From positions 25,429 through 89,428 of the forward strand of contig DAIENX010000002.1 in assembly GCA_027340875.1 (NCBI GenBank): DNA of 64,000 bases. Reading direction: 5' to 3'. This stretch comes from Elusimicrobiota bacterium. Its GTDB lineage: Bacteria; Elusimicrobiota; Elusimicrobia; Elusimicrobiales; UBA9959. The notes beneath the pieces were generated by a model. That model was given only the letters and a program-made list of their open reading frames with translations, did no database searches and had not been told where the DNA came from. Below are positions 22,086 to 31,783 of the stretch, piece by piece. Position 1 is the first letter of the stretch; every line of letters begins with the position of its first letter. The position numbers were made by a program, and so were the translations under genes.

Positions 22086-25000
22086 TCAGAACTGGAACGT
22101 AAGCGTGCTGCCCGCCTGGTAGGAGAGGTATTCCTCCTGCTTCAGGTATTTGTGCCACAGCCGTTGCAGGCCGAGGTTGAAGGTGAGACGCAGGTTCTTG
22201 GCGGCCTCGTAGTCCGCGCTGGAGTTCAGCGAGAAAAGCCTGTTGTTCTCCGCTATGGTTATGGGCGAGGTCTTGATCGCGTAGCTCAGCGTCGTGGTCC
22301 AGACTATGCGGTTTGTGAAGATGATGGCCTGCTTCATGAACGGCAGCTTGAGCCCCTTGGGCAGCTGGAAGTCTGACTTTATGAGCACGCTGGGCGTCAC
22401 GGTCCGGGTGTTGGCCGTGATCACTCCGAGCGCTCCCTTCGTCTTGTCGGATACGTAGTCCACCTTGGGGGTGAAGCGGAACTTGCCGCGGTCGAACGTG
22501 CCCTGCAGCGTGGCGTCGTCGTGGCGCGACTGCTGCGTGAAGCGGTCCACGCGCAGGTCCTTCTTGTCGGAGAGGCGCAGGTTGTAGCTGAGGGCGGTGT
22601 CTACCTTGTTCAGCAGCTTGAAGCGCAGGTCCACGCCATAGGTGCCAGCCGTCTCTAGGGAGACGGTCTTGGCCTCGTTGGTGTTGCGCGAGTATTTCAG
22701 GTTGACCGTCGCGCCCTGCGCCCAGCGCTGGACCCGCATCAGCGTCTCGAGCTGGGACAGCGAGAGTATCATGTCGGGGAAGGTGCGGTTCACGCTCTTG
22801 GATATGGTGCCGGTGACCTCGGAGCGCTGTACCGAGTTGGTGAAGTTGTTGGTCAGCGAGAGCGTCTTCAGCGGTGCCGCCCCTCCTGTCAGCCCGTAAC
22901 CCTCGAAAGGCTGCCAGCGCTGCGTGGAGTTAACGGTATCGCGCAGCGTTACCGAGTTGCGCAGCGCGAACGGGCTGGCGGGCTTGAGCGAGTCGCGCAG
23001 CCAGAGCCTGGAGCGGGTATTGTAGTCCTTCTCCACGTTCAGCCACGAGTCGCCGTCCTGGATCTGGTAGTTGGAGGACAGCACCAGCGAGCGGAGCAGG
23101 CGGTTCCGCGGCATCAGGTCGTTCATGCTGAAAGTCAGGCCCACGCCGCCCTGCGCGGTGCGGTTCACGGTCTTGATCTCGCCGGTGGTGAAGACATGGG
23201 AGGACCGCGCCACCGTCACCGTGGTGATGTTGAGGTTGTTGCTCTCTATCGTGGTCACGGAATAGTTGATGGACGGGTTCAGCCAGCGGGCGAACAGAAG
23301 GTTGGAATTGAAGTCCACCGTCTGCTGCAGCGACTTGTTGTAGCGCTCGAGGCTCAGCGGGTCGGAGAGAGGGCTCCTCTCCTCCCTCGCTGTCTGCAGC
23401 GAGTAGCCGGGGTTGAACGAGGACCCCGTCCACGGTATGAACGTGAGCTTGGCGCCGTAGGCGTCGGTGCGCTCGCGGGTCTTGTATAGGCCCGACAGCA
23501 GGAGGAGCTTGTCGGCGTTGTAGCTGACGCGGTTCAGACCCAGCGAGTAGTTGAGGTTGAGCGTCCGAGGGAAGAGCGGGAAGCTGCCGGGCACGCTGTA
23601 GCCCAGCGTGGCCGCGTAGAGGTCCCTGTCGTCCTTGCGGCTGAGCAGGCTGTAGTCCACTACCCCTTTGGTGTAGTTCAGGCCCAGCTTCGGCAGCGCG
23701 GGCAGGCTCAACGTGCCCGCCGCCGTGCCGTCGAACTTCTTCACGCGGCCCTGCTGCAGCGAATTGACCAGGTTGTTGGAGCCGGTGACCAGCGTGTTGG
23801 GCGTCACGGTTATCTGCCTGGCCGCGGTGAAGTTCATCGGGAAGAAGGCCAGGCGGCTGATGTTCAGATAACCGGTCTGCTGCTCGTTATCCTGGTTGGA
23901 GATGGCGGTGACAGGCGTCTGGAAGCTGCGGTCCATGAAGCGGTGCTTGCCGCCGAAGCTGATCCAGCCGGGTATCTCGAAGGCGCCCTCCACCTTGCGC
24001 GCGTTGCCGACCCGGGTCAGAGGCTTGGCGACGTGAAGCTCGTTGAAGTAGACGGTGCCGGTGTGCGCGGAGGAATCGGTGGCCTCCACGCCGGCTATGA
24101 ACTGCGGTATCTGCTGCAGGCTAGGGGCGCCGCTGGAGGAGACCGTCACTCCGAAGGTGCCGGAGGTCCAGACGTCCGGGATCTCGTCGCCGGTGATGTC
24201 CTCCTGGTCCAGTGTTATCAGCTTCCAGCCGGTGAAGTTCAGCGGCACGGAGGCCTTGAAATAATTGTTGCCGTCGCCGGCCTTCAGGTAGAAGGAGGCG
24301 CCCGCGTTCGCGCCGCTCTCGCTCTTGACCAGGAAGCGCAGCTCCTTGTGCTGGGAGACGTCTATCGCCCGGGTGAACTTGCGGTAGACGTAGACGGTGG
24401 ACGTGGAGTAGATCCCGGTGTAATCTATTGCCAGCGTCTGCTCCGTGATGGAGCTGGCATTGCTCTTCTTCTTCTGCTCGGAAACGGAGCCGTAGAGGTC
24501 GTTGAAGACCCGCGTCGCGTCCCCGCCGGCCTCGTAGATCGGGGTGTAGCCTGGGTTGTCCTGGTTGTTGACTCCGATGGCCTGCATCGAGCCCGGGCTG
24601 GTGGAGGACTGCACCGACCAGGTGTTGCCCACCGCGGAGATGCGGGCGAACTTGACGACGCCAGAGTTCGCCCCGCCGGCGGATTTCTTCAGCGTGATGC
24701 GGACCTGCTTGATGGCGCTCCACTTGTAGGTGTCGGTGGAGGTTATGGCCAGCGGCAGGTAAAGGGTGTGCCAGCCGGTGAAGTCCACGGTGTTCTTGCG
24801 GTTGCCTGGCGCCGGCGTGCTGTCGTTGTTGTCTATGAACGTGGTGCCGTTGACGTAGCCGAGGCTGCCGCCGGTGAAATCCTGCTGGTCCAGGCGGCCG
24901 TTCTTGTTCAGGTCCTCCGAGTCCAGGCGGCCGTTCCCGGAGCCGTAGCGCTTGCTGTTCTTGCCGGTGGGAGCGTAGAGCCAGCCGATGTCTTCCGCGC

Positions 25001-27440
25001 TGGAGACCTGGCTGTCACAGTTCAGGTCCTCGCTCTTCGGCGCTCCCGAAAGGACTAGGCCTGAGGTGCAGACGAAGTTCTGGCCGCCGGTGTTGTCGGA
25101 GTCTTCGTCGATCTGGCCCAGGTGGATGTTGAACTGCGGCCCGGGCGTGCTGGGGGAGTTCTGGCCGTACATCACCAGCTCGAGCACGTTCTTCTGCGAG
25201 AAGTCCAGGCCGGTGGGTGACAGCGGGTAGACTATCGAGACCTCGTTCGAGTTCGTGAAGTCGTAGCTGATATCCAGCACCTGCTGCGTGCCGTCCGAGG
25301 TGGCCGCCGGGTTGATGTCCCTGGCCTTCACGCTCTCGTTGTACCAGTCCAGCGACAGCGGGTCGGCCGGGCCGGAGGAGCCCGGGGGGTTTGAGGCGAT
25401 GAACCAGTAGTTCTTGTCCATCGACGGGGAGTCTTCCTGCTTGACGCCCTCCATGTTGTCTATCAGAGCGTATTTGTTCAGGTTGGGGTTCAGCCTGCTC
25501 TGCGCGGCCTCGGCCCCCAGCGTGGTCCTCAGCCCGAGCAGGTTAAGGCCCTTGAGCTGGGCGTCGCCTTCGTAGACCAGCATGCTGTTGGTCAGGTCGG
25601 TGATGTTGGGCACCGTGTTGGACTTGATGCCGCCCTGATAGAGCAGCGTGGAGCCGGCCGAGAAATGGCTGCCGAAATCGTAAGAGACTCGCCCGCCCAC
25701 CAGCGACTGGTTGCCCACGCCGCCGAACGGCGAGACCTCGTAGGTGATCTCTATCTTCGAGTCCTGGCCTATGCGCTCCGGGTAGTAGAACGTGATGAAG
25801 CCGGAGTCGTAGTCGATGAAATATTCCTCGTTGCGGCCCAGCTTCTTGCCGTCCACGCGCACCACCTCCGACTGCAGCACGATATTGGGCTCCAGGATGA
25901 AGGTCTTGAAGCGGTACGAGTATTCCACCCGGATGACGCGCTTGGAGACCGGGGCGGCGGAATAGATCTGCGGGTCTTCCTGCGAGGCGTTGTCCTGGTC
26001 GGCGAAAGGCTTGAGCAGATGGAAGATGCCCTGTTCGAAGTCCACCTCGATAGTGTCCGGGTAGGTCTGCGGCGGGTTCAGCGTGGAGCCCACCGGCGTC
26101 CGGTTCAGGTCCTGCACCTTCAGTATGAAGTTGCCGCTGCCGTTGTCGCGCACGAGATTGCTCTGGCCTATGGAGTAGTAGGTCTTGAGCTCCCGGCGGT
26201 GGGATACCTGCTGCGCGGCCACGGCCGTATCCGAGGAGATCGCGATGTCGTTCTGCGTCTTGATTATCGCCGGTATCGCCGGCGCCGCCGCCGCGTCCAG
26301 GGTCGACGTGGAGCTGTTCTGCGACAGCATGGTGCCGCCCGCGTTCTGGAAGTCTATTATCACCACGTCCTGCGGGTTCAGCGTACGGCCGAAGGTCACG
26401 AGGCCCTTGGCGTAGTCCATCACGTAGTCTATGCCGGGGCTCATCAGCTGGAACCGGCCGGTATAGCTGGAGGTCTGGACGGACATGTCCTTGCCGGTCA
26501 GGGCGAAGACGGTCACGTTATCCACCTGTGCCTGCGTCTGCTGGTCGATATAGACCCGCTCCGAACCCGACTTGATCGGCAGACGGGCCGTGTTGCCGAA
26601 GGTCACGTCGTAGTATTTGCGGCGCAGATAGTTGGTGTCGAGGACGTCGACCCCCTGGAACTGGGTGTTCCCCGTGAACTGCCGGGTCTTCGTCTGGCCT
26701 TTCGTGCGGGAGCCCACCACCGTCATCTTCAGGCGGTTGGTCCTCAGGTCGGCCCTGATGCCGAACAGCTGCTTGTTGTAGGAGACGAACTCCGTGGCCG
26801 GCAGCGAGAGGTCTATGTCGCCGAACGACACGTTCTGCACCACCTCGTTCGGGTCGCCCTGGTAGACCACCGAGATGTCCTGCTTGTCCTGCTTGGTGTC
26901 GTCGTAGTCGACGTTGACGGTGATCTTCTGGCCGACCTTGCCCTGCATGCGCACCTGCATCTGCTGTGTGATCTCGAACAGGCTGAGGCTGCGCGGGCGC
27001 GTGACGGTGGTCTGCTCGTTGATGAACTTCTTGCCGCTGTAACTGAGGGCTATCACCTTGCGGCCGGTGACCGACAGCGAAGTGCCGGATTCGCGGAACT
27101 CCACCTGCGGCTCCGGGGGGGCGGGGGCCTCCGTGGACACCGCCACGGCCGCCACCGGCGGCAGTTCCTCGCTCATGTAGCGGCCGGTCTCCACCGCTTC
27201 CCTGGCCTCGTTCCAGGCCTCGTTACTGTAGGTGATGGGCACGTCCTCGGCCATGCTGTCGATGTCCGCGGCTCCGGTGGAGGTGGACACCTCTCCGGAG
27301 TCCAGTATCGCGGACGGGTCCTGCCTGTCCAGCAGCAGGAAGCGGCCGCCGCCGGGGGAGAGCACGGCGAAATCAGCCGCCCGCGCGGGCGCGCAGCTCA
27401 GGGCCAGGGCAAGTGACAGCAGTACAGGTTTGAAGTTCAT
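22086..27440 (-). CDS. giant (1784 aa) outer-membrane beta-barrel protein, possibly SprA-like
   Basis: Signal peptide MNFKPVLLSLALALSCAPARA-ADF. The C-terminus ...AGSTLTFQF ends in an aromatic residue, typical of OMPs. Long Ser/Thr/Asn/Tyr-rich alternating segments and an acidic motif GRLDSEDLNKNGRLDQQDF. The SprA assignment is from memory only. Confidence 0.6.
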   Translation of the reverse strand: MNFKPVLLSLALALSCAPARAADFAVLSPGGGRFLLLDRQDPSAILDSGEVSTSTGAADIDSMAEDVPITYSNEAWNEAREAVETGRYMSEELPPVAAVAVSTEAPAPPEPQVEFRESGTSLSVTGRKVIALSYSGKKFINEQTTVTRPRSLSLFEITQQMQVRMQGKVGQKITVNVDYDDTKQDKQDISVVYQGDPNEVVQNVSFGDIDLSLPATEFVSYNKQLFGIRADLRTNRLKMTVVGSRTKGQTKTRQFTGNTQFQGVDVLDTNYLRRKYYDVTFGNTARLPIKSGSERVYIDQQTQAQVDNVTVFALTGKDMSVQTSSYTGRFQLMSPGIDYVMDYAKGLVTFGRTLNPQDVVIIDFQNAGGTMLSQNSSTSTLDAAAAPAIPAIIKTQNDIAISSDTAVAAQQVSHRRELKTYYSIGQSNLVRDNGSGNFILKVQDLNRTPVGSTLNPPQTYPDTIEVDFEQGIFHLLKPFADQDNASQEDPQIYSAAPVSKRVIRVEYSYRFKTFILEPNIVLQSEVVRVDGKKLGRNEEYFIDYDSGFITFYYPERIGQDSKIEITYEVSPFGGVGNQSLVGGRVSYDFGSHFSAGSTLLYQGGIKSNTVPNITDLTNSMLVYEGDAQLKGLNLLGLRTTLGAEAAQSRLNPNLNKYALIDNMEGVKQEDSPSMDKNYWFIASNPPGSSGPADPLSLDWYNESVKARDINPAATSDGTQQVLDISYDFTNSNEVSIVYPLSPTGLDFSQKNVLELVMYGQNSPSTPGPQFNIHLGQIDEDSDNTGGQNFVCTSGLVLSGAPKSEDLNCDSQVSSAEDIGWLYAPTGKNSKRYGSGNGRLDSEDLNKNGRLDQQDFTGGSLGYVNGTTFIDNNDSTPAPGNRKNTVDFTGWHTLYLPLAITSTDTYKWSAIKQVRITLKKSAGGANSGVVKFARISAVGNTWSVQSSTSPGSMQAIGVNNQDNPGYTPIYEAGGDATRVFNDLYGSVSEQKKKSNASSITEQTLAIDYTGIYSTSTVYVYRKFTRAIDVSQHKELRFLVKSESGANAGASFYLKAGDGNNYFKASVPLNFTGWKLITLDQEDITGDEIPDVWTSGTFGVTVSSSGAPSLQQIPQFIAGVEATDSSAHTGTVYFNELHVAKPLTRVGNARKVEGAFEIPGWISFGGKHRFMDRSFQTPVTAISNQDNEQQTGYLNISRLAFFPMNFTAARQITVTPNTLVTGSNNLVNSLQQGRVKKFDGTAAGTLSLPALPKLGLNYTKGVVDYSLLSRKDDRDLYAATLGYSVPGSFPLFPRTLNLNYSLGLNRVSYNADKLLLLSGLYKTRERTDAYGAKLTFIPWTGSSFNPGYSLQTAREERSPLSDPLSLERYNKSLQQTVDFNSNLLFARWLNPSINYSVTTIESNNLNITTVTVARSSHVFTTGEIKTVNRTAQGGVGLTFSMNDLMPRNRLLRSLVLSSNYQIQDGDSWLNVEKDYNTRSRLWLRDSLKPASPFALRNSVTLRDTVNSTQRWQPFEGYGLTGGAAPLKTLSLTNNFTNSVQRSEVTGTISKSVNRTFPDMILSLSQLETLMRVQRWAQGATVNLKYSRNTNEAKTVSLETAGTYGVDLRFKLLNKVDTALSYNLRLSDKKDLRVDRFTQQSRHDDATLQGTFDRGKFRFTPKVDYVSDKTKGALGVITANTRTVTPSVLIKSDFQLPKGLKLPFMKQAIIFTNRIVWTTTLSYAIKTSPITIAENNRLFSLNSSADYEAAKNLRLTFNLGLQRLWHKYLKQEEYLSYQAGSTLTFQF

Positions 27441-27550
27441 TCCTCGCTACGGCGCCGGCAACGGAACCACCCCGCCGGGGGCGGGCAAACAGCAACAGCC
27501 CGTACCGCGCGGCATTCCGCGCGGACCGGGCTACTACAGTACGGCCGATA

Positions 27551-27561
27551 TATAATAGAAT
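27551..27561 (+). promoter_or_regulatory. overlapping -10 boxes (TATAAT / TAGAAT) 6-11 nt upstream of the lptF ATG
   Basis: The sequence reads GATATATAATAGAATAAATAAATG with no SD, which suggests a leaderless transcript. Confidence 0.4.
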
Positions 27562-27567
27562 AAATAA

Positions 27568-28677
27568 ATGGCCGTGCCTATAGCCCGCCTGTACGTATTG
27601 AAGACGTTCGCCAAGTTCTTCCTGCTTTCCCTTTTTATATTCATTTCCCTGCTGGTCATGCTGAACTTCGTGGGCATAGTGAACCAGGGCGTGCTGGCCG
27701 GTTTCTCCTTCTATTTCTTCTCGGCGAGCATCTTCTACATGCTGCCGACCATCGTGTCGATGTCGCTGCCGCTGGCCTTCCTGCTGGCCGTGCTGCTCAG
27801 CCTCGGACAGATGTCGCAGGACGGCGAGATACTGGCCCTGCGCGCCGGCGGCTTCTCCTTCTTCGAGATCTTCTCGTGGGTGTTCGGCGCCGCAGTGCTG
27901 TCCGTGCTGCTTCTGGCGGCGGTCAATAACTGGCTGGGGCCGGCGGGGCAGAAGGTCTCCGGCGACTATACCGAGGCCATGCTTACGCGCCTGACCAAAA
28001 TAGACCTCAAGCCGCGCACCTTCCAGCAGATCTCTGACTGGGTGCTTTACGCCGACGAGGTCAACAGCCTGACCGGCTCGATGCGCGGCGTGAAGCTGAC
28101 GCGGCGGATAAATAAGAGGACCGGACCGGCCTTCATCAACAAGATCAGCGCCGCTTCCGGACGCTACAGCATGGCCATCGGCCGCGGCCTGCTCATTTCG
28201 CTTTCCGACGGGCAGTTCAGCCAGACCGATTACCGCCACCAGGAGAAGGTGCTGTACGGCCGCTTCGCCTCCTACTCCACGATGCTGCCGTTCTTCTCGG
28301 ACGCGGGGCCAAAGAGGAAGCTGGGTCCCAAGGAACTCACTTCCTCACAGCTCTTCGACCGTGCGGCCGGGGCCGCCGACGCGGACCAGGCCGCGCGCTA
28401 CCGGGTGGAGGCGCTGTCCCGTTTCGCGATGTCGCTGGCGCCGCTGGCGTTCTTCCTGGTGGGCGCCCCGCTGGGAGTCGGTCTGGACAAGCGCGGCAGG
28501 TCGGCCGCGTTCGCGCTCACGCTGCCGGTCATCTTCTTCTATTACGGGCTGACCATAACCGCCATGGTGCTCAGCCGCAAGCACGCCGTCCTCTACCCCT
28601 GGGCCATCTTCCTGCCCGCTGCGCTCATCATCGCCGCAGGGCTATGGTTCTGGAAGCGCAGGCTTTACGCGAAATGA
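27568..28677 (+). CDS. lptF: LptF/LptG-family LPS export permease
   Basis: 369 aa. YjgP/YjgQ-type N-terminus (IARLYVLKTFAKFFLLSLFIF), six-TM layout with a large periplasmic loop. Confidence 0.75.
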   Translation: MAVPIARLYVLKTFAKFFLLSLFIFISLLVMLNFVGIVNQGVLAGFSFYFFSASIFYMLPTIVSMSLPLAFLLAVLLSLGQMSQDGEILALRAGGFSFFEIFSWVFGAAVLSVLLLAAVNNWLGPAGQKVSGDYTEAMLTRLTKIDLKPRTFQQISDWVLYADEVNSLTGSMRGVKLTRRINKRTGPAFINKISAASGRYSMAIGRGLLISLSDGQFSQTDYRHQEKVLYGRFASYSTMLPFFSDAGPKRKLGPKELTSSQLFDRAAGAADADQAARYRVEALSRFAMSLAPLAFFLVGAPLGVGLDKRGRSAAFALTLPVIFFYYGLTITAMVLSRKHAVLYPWAIFLPAALIIAAGLWFWKRRLYAK

Positions 28678-29762
28678 ACAGGATATTCTTCCGATATATA
28701 GCCGCCAGTTTCTGGGCCCCGTTCGGGTTCGGGCTGACGGTCTTCTGCCTGCTCCTTACCTTCGGCAGCCTCTTCGATTCGCTGAACTTCTTCATCCGCA
28801 GCGGCGCCGGGCCGTGGGTCTTCGCCAGGTACGTTCTTTTCCAGGTGCCGTATTTCGTCGTCAAGATGGCGCCCATAGCCACCCTGCTGGCCGTGCTGTT
28901 CTCCCTGGGCGGCATGATGTCCAGAGGGGAGTGGAAGGCCGGCCTGGCCGGCGGCTGGCGCCCGATGGACATGATAAAGCCGCTGCTGGCGTGCGCGCTG
29001 CTGGTCGGTGCCGGACAGTTCCTGCTGCAGGAGACCATAGCCCCAGAGCTCTATCTGCGTTCCACCCACCTTTACGAGGAGAACCTCCGCGGCCGCGAGG
29101 ACTGGCAGAGGCTGGTCAAGAAGAACGTCACGTTCTCCGCCGGGGAGGGGACGTTCGTCACGGCCGCGCTCTTCGACGGGCTGAAGAAGACGATGTCGGG
29201 AGTGGTGGCGGATTTCTACGGCGGCGGCAGGCTCTCCCGCGAGCTCAACGCCGCCAGCGCCCGCTGGGACGACGCCGGGAGACGCTGGATATTCTCCTCC
29301 GGGGTGCGGGTCGACTACGAGGGCGACAGCCCGCGTTCCATCACGCGCTTTCCAGAGTACGTCTCCGAGGTCTCCGTGCCTCCGGAGGACCTGGTGCTGG
29401 AGCGCCTGGTCCCCGACGGGGTCTCCATCCCCGACGTGCTGGCGCGCATCGCCCGCCTGAAGGCGGTCGGCGCGCCCTCCGGAGAGGAGCGCACGCTGTT
29501 CTGGGTGCAGTTCTTCTCTCCGCTGGCCGCCCCGGTCATGGCGCTCATTGGCGCGGCCATGGCCATGTTCATGGGGCGGGGCAACAGGCTCTACAGCGTC
29601 GGCTTCTCGGTGGGCTTCGGCTTCTTCTTCTGGGCCATGCTGATCATGGGCCAGGAGGCGGGCAGCGCCGGGATGGTCTCCCCTTTCCTGGCCGGACTGC
29701 TTCCGGTGTTCGTTTTCGCGGCGGCGTCTTTCTGGGCGCTGAGTAAAGCCAGGGCGCTTTGA
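28674..29762 (+). CDS. lptG: LptF/LptG-family LPS export permease
   Basis: Start at MNRIFFRYIAASFWAPF (ATGA overlap with the lptF stop). Same fold pattern as the upstream paralogue. Confidence 0.75.
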   Translation: MNRIFFRYIAASFWAPFGFGLTVFCLLLTFGSLFDSLNFFIRSGAGPWVFARYVLFQVPYFVVKMAPIATLLAVLFSLGGMMSRGEWKAGLAGGWRPMDMIKPLLACALLVGAGQFLLQETIAPELYLRSTHLYEENLRGREDWQRLVKKNVTFSAGEGTFVTAALFDGLKKTMSGVVADFYGGGRLSRELNAASARWDDAGRRWIFSSGVRVDYEGDSPRSITRFPEYVSEVSVPPEDLVLERLVPDGVSIPDVLARIARLKAVGAPSGEERTLFWVQFFSPLAAPVMALIGAAMAMFMGRGNRLYSVGFSVGFGFFFWAMLIMGQEAGSAGMVSPFLAGLLPVFVFAAASFWALSKARAL

Positions 29763-29772
29763 GTCCCGAGGC

Positions 29773-29804
29773 AAAAAAAGCCGGCCCTGCGGCCGGCTTT
29801 TTTT
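29773..29804. terminator. bidirectional rho-independent terminator between lptG and tkt
   Basis: The sequence AAAAAAAGCCGGCC-CTGC-GGCCGGCTTTTTTT is a GC stem with A and T runs on either side. Confidence 0.8.
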
Positions 29805-29818
29805 ATCGGCCGTTCGGC

Positions 29819-31783
29819 CTACTTCACCATCTTGCGGGCCGTCTCGGCTATCCTGCGCGCGGTAAGGCCGAGCGCCTCATAGGCCTTTTCGGCCGGCGCC
29901 GACTTGCCGAACGTTTCCACTCCTACTGTCTCCACGTCGCCGCCGATCAGGTCGCGCCAGCCGGCGGACCTGCCGGCCTCCACGGCCACCTTCGGGAGCT
30001 CCGGTATGAACACGGAGTCGCGGTATGCCTTGTCCTGCCCGAGGAACAGCTCGAAGGACGGTACGGATATGATGCGCGCCCCGATGCCTTCCTTCTCCAG
30101 GAGGGCGGCGTCCTCGAACAGCAGCTGAACTTCCGAGCCGGAGCCGACCAGCTCCACTGACGGGACTATCGACGGGCCGCGCAGCAGGTAAGCGCCGCGC
30201 TTGACCCCGGCCGCTATCTTTTCGCGGTACTGGCCCATCAGCGGCAGCTTCTGGCGGGACAGGGCCAGGCAGGCCGGGCGGCCGGAACGGACCGCCGCCT
30301 CCCAGGCATAGAGCGTCTCCCAGGCGTCGGCCGGGCGCAGCACCGTCAGGTCCGGTATCAGCCTCAGGCTCATCAGGTGCTCTACGGGCTGGTGGGTAGG
30401 GCCGTCCTCGCCCACGCCTATGCTGTCGTGCGTGAAGACGAACACCGCGGGCGCCTTCATCAGCGCGGCCAGGCGCAGGGCCGGCCTCATATAGTCGGAG
30501 AATACCAGGAAGGTAGCGCCGAAGGGTATCAGCCCTCCGTGCAGGGCCAGGCCGTTGAGGACCGAGCCCATCGCGTGCTCGCGGATGCCGAAATGCAGCG
30601 TGCGCTCCGGCTCCTTGAGGAAGTCCGTCTTCGTCGAGGGGCCCAGGTCGGCCGAGCCGCCTGTGAGGCCCGGGAGCTTTTCGGCCATGAGGTTTATAAC
30701 CTTGCCCGAGGCCTCGCGGGTCGCGAGCGGCTTGTCGAAGAACTCGGGGCCTGGCTCGAACAGCCCGTCGGGTATCTCCCGGCCGAGCATGGCCTTGGCC
30801 AGCTCCGCCTTCTCCGGGAGGGCCTCTGAATAGTTCTTCCAGAGCTTCAGCCAGCGCTTGCGGTCGCGCTCACCGGCGGCGGCCAGCTCGGCGAAGCGGG
30901 CCTTGGCCTCCTCCGGAACGCAGAACTGCTGGTCGGGATCGCAGCCGAGAGTCCTCTTCGTGGCCTGTATCTCGTCGGGCTTGAGCGGCTCGCCGTGCAC
31001 CGAATTCCTGTCCTGCTTGGGACTGCCGAAGCCGATATGGGTCTTCGCGATTATCAGGGAGGGCTTCTCCTCTTCGCGCTTGGCCTTCTTGATCGCGTTG
31101 TCCACCTCGGCGAGGTCGTTGCCGTCCTCCACCTCTATCACCTGCCAGTCCTGCGCCTGGAAGCGCTTCTTAACGTCCTCGGTGAAGGTCAGGGCCGTGG
31201 AGCCCTCTATCGTGATGCCGTTGGAGTCGTAGAGGCAGATCAGCTTGCCCAGCTTCCAGTGGCCGGCCAGCGAAGCGGCCTCGTACGAGACTCCCTCCAT
31301 CAGGTCCCCGTCGCCGCAGAGCACGTAGGTATGGTGGTTGACCAGCTGGAACTCGGGGGTGTTAAGCTTCCCGGCCAGCAGTTTCTCGGCCAGGGCCATG
31401 CCGACGGCCGAGGCGAAGCCCTGGCCCAGCGGACCGGTGGTCATCTCCACGCCCTTGGTGTGGCCGTATTCCGGATGGCCCGGGGTCAGGCTGTCGAGCT
31501 GGCGGAAATCCTTGAGGTCGTCCATCGTCAGGCCGAAGCCGTACATGAACAGCATCGAGTAGAGCAGCGAGGAGCCGTGCCCGGCGGAGAGCACGAAGCG
31601 GTCCCGGTCGAACCAGCCGGGGTCTGAGGGGGAGATCCTCAGGTGCCCCGCCCAGATGGCGTACGCCAGCGGGGCGGCGCCCAGTGGCAGTCCGGGGTGG
31701 CCGGAGTTGGCCTTTCCCACCATGTCTATGGAAAGGGTCCGCAGGGTCTCCACGCAGAGCTTGTCGGTGTTGTCGAATTTCAT
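29819..31783 (-). CDS. tkt: transketolase
   Basis: 654 aa. Contains the GKANSGHPGLPLG and THDSIGVGEDGPTHQP motifs. Confidence 0.92.
   Translation of the reverse strand: MKFDNTDKLCVETLRTLSIDMVGKANSGHPGLPLGAAPLAYAIWAGHLRISPSDPGWFDRDRFVLSAGHGSSLLYSMLFMYGFGLTMDDLKDFRQLDSLTPGHPEYGHTKGVEMTTGPLGQGFASAVGMALAEKLLAGKLNTPEFQLVNHHTYVLCGDGDLMEGVSYEAASLAGHWKLGKLICLYDSNGITIEGSTALTFTEDVKKRFQAQDWQVIEVEDGNDLAEVDNAIKKAKREEEKPSLIIAKTHIGFGSPKQDRNSVHGEPLKPDEIQATKRTLGCDPDQQFCVPEEAKARFAELAAAGERDRKRWLKLWKNYSEALPEKAELAKAMLGREIPDGLFEPGPEFFDKPLATREASGKVINLMAEKLPGLTGGSADLGPSTKTDFLKEPERTLHFGIREHAMGSVLNGLALHGGLIPFGATFLVFSDYMRPALRLAALMKAPAVFVFTHDSIGVGEDGPTHQPVEHLMSLRLIPDLTVLRPADAWETLYAWEAAVRSGRPACLALSRQKLPLMGQYREKIAAGVKRGAYLLRGPSIVPSVELVGSGSEVQLLFEDAALLEKEGIGARIISVPSFELFLGQDKAYRDSVFIPELPKVAVEAGRSAGWRDLIGGDVETVGVETFGKSAPAEKAYEALGLTARRIAETARKMVK

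Noticed and set aside
25665-27416. 583-aa plus-strand ORF opposite the giant OMP gene
   Set aside because: Arg/His/Val/Gly-rich antisense translation. The minus-strand product has a signal peptide and an OMP C-terminus.
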